A DNA stretch of 64,000 nucleotides from an uncultured Candidatus Saccharibacteria bacterium (GCA_964461505.1 CAYWUW010000003.1:37680-101679), one strand, 5' to 3'; counted from the first letter of the stretch, positions 9,358-18,556 are shown. Numbers and translations are program-made. Notes: a model not told the origin generated them from the letters alone.

Positions 9358-9873
9358 ATGCAGGCAAATGGACAATCTGGGCAGAAAAAGAAGGCGGCGC
9401 AAGTTGCGGCGCAGAGAAAAACTCCAACAAAAGCTGAGCACCAAGTTTTAAGCTTTATTGCAGAATTTATTAACCAGCATGGTTATGGCCCCAGTTATCG
9501 AGAGATTATGCGTGGCTGTGGCTATTCTACTTTAAGCGCAGTGAGTTTGCACGTTGATGCTTTGGTTCATTTAGGATATTTAGAAAAGAAGGAGCGCGGC
9601 GCTAGAAGCCTAAGCTTAACGGTAAAGGCGAAAGTTCCAAAAGCAAATATAGAGGTTGAAAAGCAGAAGGCGGCCAGCCCGAAAACTTATGAAAAGTGGT
9701 TGGTTGAAAAAGTGGGAAATAAGTTTAAAGAGGTTGAATTAAACTTAGATGCGGTGGCAATGGATAATTTGTATGTTCTAACTGGGGCGTTGAAGATTCT
9801 GGGTTATGATGCGGCGGCTTTGGTTTTTAAGGCAAGGCTAACAGAGCTAACCGAGAAGTTTAAGAAGCTTTAA
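9358..9873 (+). CDS. LexA-type winged-helix DNA-binding domain protein lacking the S24 peptidase domain
   Basis: QVLSFIAEFINQHGYGPSYREIMRGCGYSTLSAVSLHVDALVHLGYLEKK matches the LexA N-terminal domain. No Ser/Lys peptidase motifs. The ORF-track start at 9310 is possible, but 9358 has AAGG upstream. Confidence 0.6.
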   Translation: MQANGQSGQKKKAAQVAAQRKTPTKAEHQVLSFIAEFINQHGYGPSYREIMRGCGYSTLSAVSLHVDALVHLGYLEKKERGARSLSLTVKAKVPKANIEVEKQKAASPKTYEKWLVEKVGNKFKEVELNLDAVAMDNLYVLTGALKILGYDAAALVFKARLTELTEKFKKL

Positions 9874-9944
9874 ATCTTGCAAGTAAGATCTTGGTTTTGA
9901 CAGTTCTGTGGGTGTGTTGCTCATAGCTAATCATTCTACTCTCT

Positions 9945-10366
9945 GTCATTCCCGCGAAGGCGGGAATCTTAGATTATATTCAACCTTAGTTTCTGCCACT
10001 GCTAATCGACTAGAGTTGGGTACAAATCTATCCATTTGGGGTTATCCTTGACGATAAGATTAATCTTCCATTGGCGATTCCATTTTTTGAGTCTCTTTTC
10101 TCGGAGTATTGCAGACTCTATGTCTGGATGCTCCTCAAAATAGACCAGCCTTTTTATGTGATAGAGTCTAGTGTGGCTTTTTATATTTTCGTGTTTATGT
10201 TGCCAAGTGCGCTTTATCAAATCTGAAGTGACACCGATATATATGGCGCCGTCAGTTTTTGTGGCAAAAATGTAGATATATGCGGCCATAACGGGTATTC
10301 TGGATTAGACTTAAATTATATTTTAACAGAACCCAAATCTAAGATTCCCGCCTTCGCGGGAATGAC
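9945..10366. mobile_element. GIY-YIG gene bracketed by perfect 31-bp inverted repeats (candidate miniature mobile unit)
   Basis: 9945-9975 gtcattcccgcgaaggcgggaatcttagatt is the exact reverse complement of 10336-10366. Confidence 0.45.
10002..10289 (-). CDS. GIY-YIG nuclease family protein (small URI-domain type)
   Basis: YIYIFATKTDGAIYIGVTSDLIKRTWQHK...REKRLKKWNRQWK. 95 aa. Confidence 0.85.
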   Translation of the reverse strand: MAAYIYIFATKTDGAIYIGVTSDLIKRTWQHKHENIKSHTRLYHIKRLVYFEEHPDIESAILREKRLKKWNRQWKINLIVKDNPKWIDLYPTLVD

Positions 10367-10481
10367 GGAACTAAAGTTAAACTTAACATCCGCCAAACAG
10401 AGCCACACTTGGCGACGAGTCGCTATACCCCCCAAAAAAATGGAGAGGCGGCGGAGACCCTTATGGATTTAAAAAAGAGCT

Positions 10482-11474
10482 TTAGTTTTTTTCGAGCTTG
10501 ATTCCTGGGCCCATGGTTGGGGCAAGAGTTAAGCTTAAGATGTATTCGCCTTTGATGCTAGCCGGCTTGGCCTCGCGAACGGCTTTAAGAACTGTTTCGA
10601 TATTTTCAAGCAGTTCAGTAGGCTTAAAATCTAATTTACCGACTCCAAGGTGGATGATGCCTTGCTTATCTACACGATATTCAACTTTTCCGGATTTGGC
10701 TTCGGAAACTGCTTTGGCAATATCGGCAGAAACGGTTCCAACTTTAGGGTTTGGCATTAAGCCTTTTGGGCCAAGCAAGCGGGCATATTTGCTAAGCTTA
10801 ACCATGTTTTGTGGAGTTGAGATGAGAACGTCAAAATCTATAACCTCTTTTTCAAGTTGTTCTAAGAATGTTTCATCGCCGAAGATGTCGGCTCCGGCTT
10901 TTTTGGCAACTTCGTGTTGATCTGCTGGAGCAAAAACTGCTACTACCAATGTTTTGCCAGTTCCATACGGTAAAGAAACGGTTCCACGAAGGTTTTGATC
11001 GGCATGTTTTGGGTCTACTCCAAGCTTAATATGGAGTTCGGCACTCCCGGTAAACTTGGCGGTATTAAGCTTAGGCAAAAGTTCTACGGCTTCTTGCAAA
11101 GTGTAGAGTTTATCTTTTTGAATAAGTTCGTTGGCTTTTTTATAAGATTTTGAACGGCGCTCTAGTTTGGATCTAGTAATTGGTTTGGGGCCTTTTTTGA
11201 TAACTTCTTCAACCTCGCCAGAAGCAATTTTTTCTTTGCGTTCTTCTTTTGCGGCTTTGTCATCGGCTTCTTTTAGAGCTTTTGCAGATCTTTTGCCTGC
11301 TTTGGCGAGAGGTTTTTCTTCCCTAATTTCATCCTGATAATCCTCATCGGCAGCCTCGGAAGCTGTTTTTTGAGCATCTTCGATTGCATCTTCAAGTTCT
11401 GCAATTGTGTTTGCTTCGGTTAATGCAAGGCCGAGCTGAACGGCCTGTTCTAATAATTCGGCTTTTTTTGCCAT
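10482..11474 (-). CDS. rplA: 50S ribosomal protein L1 with an approximately 100-aa acidic/basic N-terminal extension
   Basis: The C-terminal approximately 230 aa is canonical L1 (FTGSAELHIKLGVDPK..DQNLRG..LPYGTGK). The N-terminal 100 aa is extra. Confidence 0.9.
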   Translation of the reverse strand: MAKKAELLEQAVQLGLALTEANTIAELEDAIEDAQKTASEAADEDYQDEIREEKPLAKAGKRSAKALKEADDKAAKEERKEKIASGEVEEVIKKGPKPITRSKLERRSKSYKKANELIQKDKLYTLQEAVELLPKLNTAKFTGSAELHIKLGVDPKHADQNLRGTVSLPYGTGKTLVVAVFAPADQHEVAKKAGADIFGDETFLEQLEKEVIDFDVLISTPQNMVKLSKYARLLGPKGLMPNPKVGTVSADIAKAVSEAKSGKVEYRVDKQGIIHLGVGKLDFKPTELLENIETVLKAVREAKPASIKGEYILSLTLAPTMGPGIKLEKN

Positions 11475-11638
11475 AAAGATTTTTGATCCTTTCAGTGGTG
11501 CAAACGATTAAGTTTAGTGTTTAAGATCTGGATTAGATCTTAAACTTAATCTCCCACATATTTAAGTTTAGTAGTGTTTGATATTATAACAGATTAAGAT
11601 CTAAAGAAACAGACCAGAGTTGGCAACTAAAGCTCCGG

Positions 11639-11685
11639 GCTCTGTCATCCTGAGGAACGAGCGTAGCGAGTGACGTGAGGATCTA
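11639..11685. repeat. Hairpin repeat, GTCATCCTGAG...GAGGATC family
   Basis: ctctgtcatcctgaggaacgagcgtagcgagtgacgtgaggatct. Confidence 0.6.
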
Positions 11686-11857
11686 GTAATAAGGAATTCT
11701 TTTTTTTGATTGGATCCCCGCAACAAGTGTGGGACAGGCCTTCACATACGTTCAGAATGACAGTGTCGTGAACTTAAGCTTAGTCCAAAAATCGCGGGTT
11801 CCCTGAAATATTCGATTAGAATATTATCAGGGATCTACATCTTTATTAAATTTAAGC

Positions 11858-12049
11858 TTAGGTTTTCTTTTTGCTTTTAGCTTTTTTATTGCGAGTGTAG
11901 GCGATGGCGCCGGCTCCTGCGGCTGCGCCGATAACTGCAAGTGGAGGCAGAGTTGTGGCAACAGCCAGAGCAAATGCGGCGGCACCAAGTTTTTCGGGCG
12001 TGGTTTTTAAGAATTTATTTTTTGCTGGAGGTTGATTCTTGTTGGCCAT
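11858..12049 (-). CDS. Small Ala/Gly-rich membrane protein (hypothetical)
   Basis: 63-aa ORF with one hydrophobic segment and a K-rich tail. Lies between rplK and rplA. Confidence 0.3.
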   Translation of the reverse strand: MANKNQPPAKNKFLKTTPEKLGAAAFALAVATTLPPLAVIGAAAGAGAIAYTRNKKAKSKKKT

Positions 12050-12073
12050 AAGATTTAATCTTAAGCTTTAAGC

Positions 12074-12313
12074 TTAATCTGAGTTACGGTGTTTATAAAG
12101 CCTATAGGCACATCCACCTAGGGCTGGTAGAGCTGAAACTGCTGTTACCCATCCGGTTGTTGATTCAAAAACCAAAGAGCCCAAACAAATTACTGTTATT
12201 ACTGGCGTGGCAACTCTTTCTAGCGTTGCTGCAGCCTGCTTCAAACTATCTAGATTATCTGCCATGTGATCTCTTAAGCTTAGCCTAGGAGAATCTTTGA
12301 ATGGCACTGTCAT
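12074..12313 (-). CDS. Small hypothetical membrane protein
   Basis: 79-aa ORF with two hydrophobic segments. Its start is 8 nt downstream of the rplK stop. Confidence 0.35.
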   Translation of the reverse strand: MTVPFKDSPRLSLRDHMADNLDSLKQAAATLERVATPVITVICLGSLVFESTTGWVTAVSALPALGGCAYRLYKHRNSD

Positions 12314-12321
12314 GTTCTTTT

Positions 12322-12753
12322 TTATGCTTCTACTTCGACGCCCATGCTGCGGGCAGTTCCGGCAACTTGTTTTTTGGCGGCTTCGATGTCGTTTCCGTTT
12401 GTAAACTTAAGCTTGGCTTCGGCAATTTCTGTTAGTTGTTTTTGGGTTAGTTTACCGACTTTTTCCATGTGTGGTTTGCCAGATCCTTTTTTGATTCCAA
12501 GAGCTTTGAGAATTAGATCATCAGTTGGAATTCCTGAAACGCGGAACTCGAAAGTTCTATCATCGTAAACTTTAAGCTTAACAATTACATCGGATCCGCG
12601 AAGATCTGATGTTTCTGCGTTAAATGCGTTGACAAAATCCATTGAATTAAGGCCATATTGGCCCATTACTGCTCCAACTGGAGGCCCTGCGGTTGCTCCA
12701 CCTGCGGGAACTCTCATTTTTAGATTTGCGACGATCTTTTTTTCTGCTGCCAT
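12322..12753 (-). CDS. rplK: 50S ribosomal protein L11
   Basis: KMRVPAGGATAGPPVGAVMGQYGLN..FVNAFN. 143 aa. Confidence 0.95.
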   Translation of the reverse strand: MAAEKKIVANLKMRVPAGGATAGPPVGAVMGQYGLNSMDFVNAFNAETSDLRGSDVIVKLKVYDDRTFEFRVSGIPTDDLILKALGIKKGSGKPHMEKVGKLTQKQLTEIAEAKLKFTNGNDIEAAKKQVAGTARSMGVEVEA

Positions 12754-12785
12754 AAAATTTCCTTTTTCTTAAGCTTAATTCCTTT

Positions 12786-12823
12786 CGTTATCCTGAGCGT
12801 AGTGCAGCGGAGTTGAAGGATCT
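12786..12823. repeat. Hairpin repeat, (G)TTATCCTGAGC...GAAGGATC family
   Basis: cgttatcctgagcgtagtgcagcggagttgaaggatct. Confidence 0.6.
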
Positions 12824-12899
12824 ATTTGTTATTTTTGAAGCTTTATCTTCTTAAGTTTAAGAAGATTTGTAACAAAAGATATTATAGCACAAGGAGGAA

Positions 12900-13106
12900 C
12901 TAACCCTCGAGAGTATAGTGCAATAAAGCCGCTGCACCGCTTAGGGCTAAGGCCGTTACGAAACCGGTAGCGGTTGTTGTGGTAAGATCTGTTTCGTAAA
13001 CAACTCTAGCTGCGGTAGCGCCAAGAGCTCCAGCTCCAGCACCCAGACCTAACAATCCCCTTACAGCATCTGAATTGAATGTACTCCCTAATGATCTTCT
13101 GGACAT
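12900..13106 (-). CDS. Small Gly/Ala-rich hypothetical membrane protein
   Basis: 68-aa ORF, LGLGAGAGALGATAA... Resembles the 63-aa ORF at 11858-12049 in composition. Confidence 0.3.
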   Translation of the reverse strand: MSRRSLGSTFNSDAVRGLLGLGAGAGALGATAARVVYETDLTTTTATGFVTALALSGAAALLHYTLEG

Positions 13107-13158
13107 ATGGAGTATATTCTATCAGAAAAATTATTAAGAGTCAATATCTAGACAAAGT

Positions 13159-14595
13159 CTATATTAAGCTTAGTGCTAAGCTTAATCTTTTTTCTACTCT
13201 TTCGGAACCTAGAACATTGAGCATTTCGGCTAAGGGTGGCGTAACGCGAGATCCTGAAACGGCGTTTCTGATTAAGGCAAAGAGAATTGCCGGTTTGGTA
13301 TCTTCTTCTGTAAGGAGCTCGCCCAGCTTAGTTTGCAGATCTTCAACCGAGAAATCTGAGTTCTTAAGCTTAGCAAGAGTTGCTTCAAGCAGTTTTTTGG
13401 CGAGATCTGGCTCTAGATTTTTGACATCTAGAAGTTGGGTTTTGGAAAGGTTTGGTTCTTTAAAGAAGAAGTTGGTGAGTTCTGGAATTTCGGAAAGGAG
13501 TTTTAGCCTTTCTTGTATTAAACTTAGAACTTGTTTTTTGTATTCATCAGAAGCGGAACTGGCGGAATCTGGCCAGAAATTCTTAGAAAAACCCTCACCC
13601 TGCCCTCTCCCTCGGGAGAGGAGATATAGTTTATCTAAACTTAAGTTTCGGATGTGGTGACCGTTGATCCATTTGAGACGATCTTCGTCGTAGTTGGCGC
13701 CGGATTTGCCGATTCCTGCAATTGAGAAAGTTTTGATAAGTTCATCGAGCGTGAAGATTTCTTGATTATTGCCTTTGCCGGGGTTCCAACCTAAAAGTGC
13801 TAAAAAGTTTAAGAATGCTTCAACAAGAATTCCATCTTCGAGATATTCAAGCGCGTCTTTAGCTCCATCGCGTTTGCCCAGCTTCTTTTTACCTCCGGGA
13901 GCCATAATTGGGGCTAAGGTTACAAATTTGGGATGTTTAATTTCTAAAGCTTCGTAGATATTTAAGAATCTTGGTGTTGAGGCAATAAATTCATCAGATC
14001 TAAAAATATGAGTAATTTGCATATCGTGATCATCGACAATGTGAGCGAACGGATAAGTTGCGAATCCGTCGGCTTTGATTAAAACGAGATCGTCAATTGC
14101 TTCTGGCCCGGCAGAAAGATCTCCGCGAACTTCATCATGCCACTTATGAGCTTTGGGATTTGATTTAAGCCTAAGAGAGTTTTTGCCGTATTCCCACGGA
14201 ACGATGCGATCTTCGGTGATGTAATCTCTGTACAAAAATGGTTTCTTTTGGTTTTGGGCATCTTGACGCCAAGTTTCAACTTCTTCTGGAGTGACGTTAT
14301 CTGCGTAGGCTAAACCTTTTTCATAAAGTTTTTGAGCGTACTGGCGGTGGAGTTCTTTTCTTTCGGATTGAAGGGCATATTCATCCCAATTAAGCTTAAC
14401 TGCCTGGAGAGTACGCTTGATGATTTCTACTCCGTTTTCGACTTCTCGTTTTTTATCTGTATCCTCAACTCTAAGAATAAATAGACCATCGTTCTGTTTA
14501 GCAAGAAGCCAAGCATAGAGCGCTGTGCGAACAGTTCCGATATGGATGTAGCCTGTTGGGCTCGGAGCTATTCTAGTGATTACTTTTTGTGACAT
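13159..14595 (-). CDS. gltX: Glutamate--tRNA ligase
   Basis: RIAPSPTGYIHIGTVRTALYAWL (HIGH region), KLGKRDG (KMSKS-like). 478 aa. Confidence 0.9.
   Translation of the reverse strand: MSQKVITRIAPSPTGYIHIGTVRTALYAWLLAKQNDGLFILRVEDTDKKREVENGVEIIKRTLQAVKLNWDEYALQSERKELHRQYAQKLYEKGLAYADNVTPEEVETWRQDAQNQKKPFLYRDYITEDRIVPWEYGKNSLRLKSNPKAHKWHDEVRGDLSAGPEAIDDLVLIKADGFATYPFAHIVDDHDMQITHIFRSDEFIASTPRFLNIYEALEIKHPKFVTLAPIMAPGGKKKLGKRDGAKDALEYLEDGILVEAFLNFLALLGWNPGKGNNQEIFTLDELIKTFSIAGIGKSGANYDEDRLKWINGHHIRNLSLDKLYLLSRGRGQGEGFSKNFWPDSASSASDEYKKQVLSLIQERLKLLSEIPELTNFFFKEPNLSKTQLLDVKNLEPDLAKKLLEATLAKLKNSDFSVEDLQTKLGELLTEEDTKPAILFALIRNAVSGSRVTPPLAEMLNVLGSERVEKRLSLALSLI
13591..13623. repeat. C/G-rich repeat element embedded in-frame in gltX
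   Basis: accctcaccctgccctctccctcgggagaggag. Same family as the reverse complement of 35889-35926. Translated in GltX as SRGRGQGEGFS. Confidence 0.6.
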
Positions 14596-14647
14596 TAAGC
14601 TTAATTATACCAAACATATTAAGCTTAGTTGACTATAAAGATTCAAT

Positions 14648-15208
14648 GTGTTACAGTTAGTGAGGATGATTTTAAGTTTAGTAGAAAAAGCCAATCTGAT
14701 TCTGCCAGAAGGCTACAATGAGGACTTTAGCAATCCTTTCATATCGATTAACATCGGAGAGGGTAATTGCATTGCTGCATCTTTGATACTCTACACACTA
14801 AGAGAAGGCCCTATGGATATAATTCGGTACACTACTGCGCTTGACGGTGAAGTTTCCTTCAACCATTTTCTGTGCACAGACACTCAACTTCCGATGGGTA
14901 GTATAGCGCACATGGTCTCTTGGGTGTACGCAAACCCTATGGAGGAGTACCTCCGGCACTATTGTTTCAGCGAAAATACAGCAAGAGCGGTATTAGCTGC
15001 TTGCGGGGTAAGTTTTCCGTATCTAGGACGCAATAACACTGTTACCGAAGTTGGTCAGCAAGAGGGTGGCTATACGGTTACCGAAAGGTTTGCGTGGATT
15101 GATCCTGAGGCCCTATTAGATCACGTTGCTCCAGGCCAAACTATGGATGCCTTGGCAAAAGCGGCAAATGCTGCGCTTGCGGATAAGCTTAGCGCAGCTG
15201 TGGTATAA
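14648..15208 (+). CDS. Hypothetical protein (orphan)
   Basis: 186-aa ORF followed by a clean intrinsic terminator. No family recognised. Confidence 0.5.
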   Translation: MLQLVRMILSLVEKANLILPEGYNEDFSNPFISINIGEGNCIAASLILYTLREGPMDIIRYTTALDGEVSFNHFLCTDTQLPMGSIAHMVSWVYANPMEEYLRHYCFSENTARAVLAACGVSFPYLGRNNTVTEVGQQEGGYTVTERFAWIDPEALLDHVAPGQTMDALAKAANAALADKLSAAVV

Positions 15209-15221
15209 TTAAGTTTAATTC

Positions 15222-15253
15222 GCCAGTGGTGATTTTTGCCCGCTGGCTTTTTT
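15222..15253 (+). terminator. Rho-independent terminator
   Basis: gccagtgg-(9 nt loop)-ccgctggc, an 8-bp stem with one G.U, followed by TTTTTT. Confidence 0.6.
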
Positions 15254-15289
15254 AAACCACAGAAATAATTAATTGGAGCTTGCGGATAA

Positions 15290-15326
15290 GATCCTCGATA
15301 AATTCCTTTGGAATTTTCAAGGATCC
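15290..15326. repeat. Hairpin repeat (second copy of the 806-841 element), immediately upstream of typA
   Basis: gatcctcgataaattcctttggaattttcaaggatcc. Confidence 0.6.
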
Positions 15327-15338
15327 AAAAGTTAATGT

Positions 15339-17150
15339 ATGCAAACGGAAAAAATTAGGAATCTAGCAATTATTGCGCACGTTGACCACGGTAAAACAAC
15401 TTTGGTAGACGGACTTTTGAAGCAATCTAATACATTTAGAGATAATCAGGCCGAGATGGATCAAAGCTTAATTATGGATAAGCTGGCTCAAGAACGTGAA
15501 CGCGGCATTACTATCACTGCTAAAATCACGGCTGTTAGGCATAATGATTTTAAGTTTAATATTATTGATACTCCGGGCCACGCAGATTTTGGCGGTGAAG
15601 TTGAAAGAACTTTGGGCATGGCCGATGGTTGCTTGCTAGTGGTTGATGCGCAGGAAGGCCCGATGCCGCAGACTAAGTTTGTGTTAGGAAAAGCTCTTGA
15701 TTTGGGGCTTAAGCCAATTGTGGTGATTAATAAAATTGATAAAGATAGGGCAAGAATTTCGGAGGTAGAAGATGAGTTGGCAGATTTGTTCTTAGAGCTT
15801 GCAACGGAAGAAGATCAGCTCCACTACCCTGTTTATTATGCTATTGGAAGAGATGCCAAAGCCTGGGAAGCGGTTCCAGAGAATCCTGACGCTGCGGGAG
15901 ATCTTGCTTGCATTTTTAAAGCGATTGGAGAAAAGATTCCGGCTCCAAAGGTGGAAGATGGCAAAACTCAACTCTTAATTACCAGTTTGGAATGGGATAG
16001 TTTTAAGGGTAAATCTGCGATTGGCAAAATTAATCGTGGTGGGATGAAAAAAGGCCAGAATCTAATCTTAATTAAAAAAGATGGAACGGAAGTTAAGCTT
16101 AAGGTTGGTGAGTTATTTGAATTTAAAGGGCTTGGTAAAGAGGAGGTGGCGGAAGCTCCGGCGGGCGACATTGTGGCTTTAACTGGGGCGGAAAAAGCGG
16201 AAATTGGCGAGACTCTGTGCGATGAAGATCAGATCGAAGCATTGCCAGTTTTGGAGGTTGAAGCTCCGACTTTAAAAATGTATTTGGGGCCGAACACTTC
16301 TCCGTTTAAAGGGACAGAAGGCGAATTTACGACTTCTAGGCAAATTGGAGATAGGTTGAAAAGAGAGTTAGAAACGAACGTAAGCTTAAGGTTAGAAGAA
16401 AGTGGAATTGGTTTTATTGTTTCGGGCCGCGGTGAGCTACATCTTTCTGTTTTGATAGAAGATTTAAGGCGCGAAGGTTTTGAATTGGAGGTTGGCCGAC
16501 CGCAAGTTGTTACAAAAGAGCAAGATGGTAAGGTTGTTGAACCTGTGGAAGAGCTGACAATTGAGGTTCCGCAAGAATTTGTTGGTGCTGTGCAAACGGA
16601 ACTTGGCGCTAGGCGGGCTCAGTTGCAATCTCAAGATGTAAACTTAAGGGGCGTAAGGTTGATTTATCGAATTCCGACCAGAGCTTTAATTGGGCTTAGG
16701 GGTTTGATGATGACGGCCACAAAAGGCACGGCGATTATGAGCAGCTTAACGGTTGGATACGAACCTTTAAGTGCGGCAATTCCGCAAACTCGAAACGGAG
16801 CTTTAATCAGCTTTGAAACCGGCACGGCAACTCCGTATTCTTTAGAAAATGCTCAAGATAGAGGAACAGTTTTTATACCTGCTGGCGAAAAAGTTTATGC
16901 CGGCCAAGTGATTGGCTTAAACTTAAGAAGAGAAGATTTAGAAGTTAATATTTGTAAAGAAAAGCACTTGACGAATACTCGGGCTTCGGGTTCTGATGGA
17001 GCTATTCAGTTGACTCCGCCAACTATACTAAGCTTAGAAGAAAGTTTAGATTTTTTAGAAGATGATGAGCTGCTAGAAGTTACCCCCAAGAGTTTGCGCC
17101 TCCGAAAAAGATTTTTGAGTGCGAACGAAAGAAAAAAGAATAAGAAGTAG
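15339..17150 (+). CDS. typA: Translational GTPase TypA/BipA
   Basis: [38 protein letters not shown]. 603 aa. Confidence 0.95.
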   Translation: MQTEKIRNLAIIAHVDHGKTTLVDGLLKQSNTFRDNQAEMDQSLIMDKLAQERERGITITAKITAVRHNDFKFNIIDTPGHADFGGEVERTLGMADGCLLVVDAQEGPMPQTKFVLGKALDLGLKPIVVINKIDKDRARISEVEDELADLFLELATEEDQLHYPVYYAIGRDAKAWEAVPENPDAAGDLACIFKAIGEKIPAPKVEDGKTQLLITSLEWDSFKGKSAIGKINRGGMKKGQNLILIKKDGTEVKLKVGELFEFKGLGKEEVAEAPAGDIVALTGAEKAEIGETLCDEDQIEALPVLEVEAPTLKMYLGPNTSPFKGTEGEFTTSRQIGDRLKRELETNVSLRLEESGIGFIVSGRGELHLSVLIEDLRREGFELEVGRPQVVTKEQDGKVVEPVEELTIEVPQEFVGAVQTELGARRAQLQSQDVNLRGVRLIYRIPTRALIGLRGLMMTATKGTAIMSSLTVGYEPLSAAIPQTRNGALISFETGTATPYSLENAQDRGTVFIPAGEKVYAGQVIGLNLRREDLEVNICKEKHLTNTRASGSDGAIQLTPPTILSLEESLDFLEDDELLEVTPKSLRLRKRFLSANERKKNKK

Positions 17151-17154
17151 AATC

Positions 17155-17724
17155 TTAAGCAGCTAAACTTAAGCTGGCCTGCTCTTCAAGGGGCTTGACA
17201 AGGGGCTTGATTCCGGCAAGTTGGCCTAGCCTAGTTGAGGCGAGATGAGTTCTAATTGCAACTTGAGTTTCTGGGTTCATGCTTGCGATGGGGTTGCCTC
17301 CTGGTGTTGCAGCACGGCTTAGGGCCTGATTCATCGCCTGTAGAACTGGTGTCGTATACACTTCCCTCGCCCCCTGTATGCCTGGCCTAGCTCTCTCTGT
17401 GTCCCCGGCTAAAACTTCAGTTATATCCGTACGTGTTTTTTCAAGATCATTAACATCAGCATAGCTAAATGCACATTTTCCGACACAATACATCACACAA
17501 AAACTACTCCATTTAGCGGATGTTCCTTGGCACTCTTCAACTTGCCGAGTTAAGCTTGATTTACTAACCATACCGAGAGGTTCCCGGCCAAGAGTTAGAT
17601 CACGAGCAATAGCATCCGAAATTTCCCACCAACCAGTTTGACAGAGGCGAACTGCCATTAGACCCTCATGCTCATCCGGCTCTTTTGGAGCAATAAAAGG
17701 TTCTACGTCGAATAAAGTTTCCAC
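17155..17724 (-). CDS. Hypothetical protein (orphan, Cys-containing)
   Basis: 189-aa ORF. No family recognised. Confidence 0.45.
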   Translation of the reverse strand: METLFDVEPFIAPKEPDEHEGLMAVRLCQTGWWEISDAIARDLTLGREPLGMVSKSSLTRQVEECQGTSAKWSSFCVMYCVGKCAFSYADVNDLEKTRTDITEVLAGDTERARPGIQGAREVYTTPVLQAMNQALSRAATPGGNPIASMNPETQVAIRTHLASTRLGQLAGIKPLVKPLEEQASLSLAA

Positions 17725-17826
17725 TAAGCTTAACCCTCTTTTTTTAGTTTGTTAGAACTTTTCTACGCTTAACTATAGCACTAGATGTGGCGTGGCATGA
17801 AGACTGTTGGGCTCTCGTTGTGGAAC

Positions 17827-18477
17827 TTAAACTGCGGAATCTGCTTTTTGTTGGAGTTCGCCCAGCTTTTGGGCAGGATCTGGGCTTTTGTGAATTTCGC
17901 CCCCAACGTAGAAGATATCGACATTGGCTAAGCTTAAGTTGGAGATGTTTTTAGAGTTGATGCCACCATCCCAGGCGATTTCTAATTCTGGTTTAATTTC
18001 TTTAAGAATCTTTATTTTGGAGATTAAACTTAAGTCGGCAGAACCTCCGTGCTGGCCTAAGTTCCCAGAAAAAATTAGAACTTGATCTGCCAATTTGATA
18101 AGTTCGGAATAATCGTTTGGGGTGGAATCTTGCAGAAGAGAGATTCCAAGCAGAATGTTGGCATCTTTAATAAGCTTAATAGATTCGAGAAGGTTGTGGG
18201 AATCTGATTCGGCCTGCAGAATAATAAGTTTGGGCCGATTATTTTGAGCAAGAATAAAGTTGAGAGCTTGCAGAGGCTGGGCAAACATCAGATGCGCGCT
18301 GTAAGTTAGAACTGGATCAAAATAAATGTTGTGGTAATCGAGAGATGGCGTGGCTCCGAAGAAATCTGATGAAGAAAGATCGAGGTGGGCGAATTCAGAA
18401 ATGCTAGCAACGAGTTCGGTTTGTTGGCGGAGCTGATGCGCATCTGTAGCAGTAATTGTAGGAACAACCAGTTTCAT
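17827..18477 (-). CDS. Divergent ribulose-phosphate 3-epimerase-like TIM-barrel protein
   Basis: By-eye co-linearity with Rpe: VPTITATD, HLDLSS, SAHLMF, IILQAESD, IFSGNLGQHGG, IAWDGGI, FYVGGEI. Confidence 0.55.
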   Translation of the reverse strand: MKLVVPTITATDAHQLRQQTELVASISEFAHLDLSSSDFFGATPSLDYHNIYFDPVLTYSAHLMFAQPLQALNFILAQNNRPKLIILQAESDSHNLLESIKLIKDANILLGISLLQDSTPNDYSELIKLADQVLIFSGNLGQHGGSADLSLISKIKILKEIKPELEIAWDGGINSKNISNLSLANVDIFYVGGEIHKSPDPAQKLGELQQKADSAV

Positions 18478-18500
18478 AAACTTAAGTTTAGCAGAACGCT

Positions 18501-18533
18501 CTAGAGATCTCTCAACAGGCTCGAGGTGACAAG
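18501..18533. repeat. Hairpin repeat, GAGATCTCTC...CTCGAG(A/G)TGAC family
   Basis: ctagagatctctcaacaggctcgaggtgacaag. Relatives at 3587-3619, 7921-7953 and 36487-36519. Confidence 0.6.
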
Positions 18534-18556
18534 ATGGAAGTTTAGTTTTGTTTAGT

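Noticed and set aside
10498-10920. Long antisense ORFs opposite well-supported genes. This one lies opposite rplA. Others are 13079-13660 opposite gltX, 21708-22139, 29638-30057 and 28438-28878 opposite or beside the histidine kinase, 6493-6846 opposite yidC, 19056-19352, 39306-39500, and 40293-40568 opposite mgtE.
   Set aside because: The opposite strand encodes clearly homologous proteins, and these ORFs have low-complexity or implausible composition.
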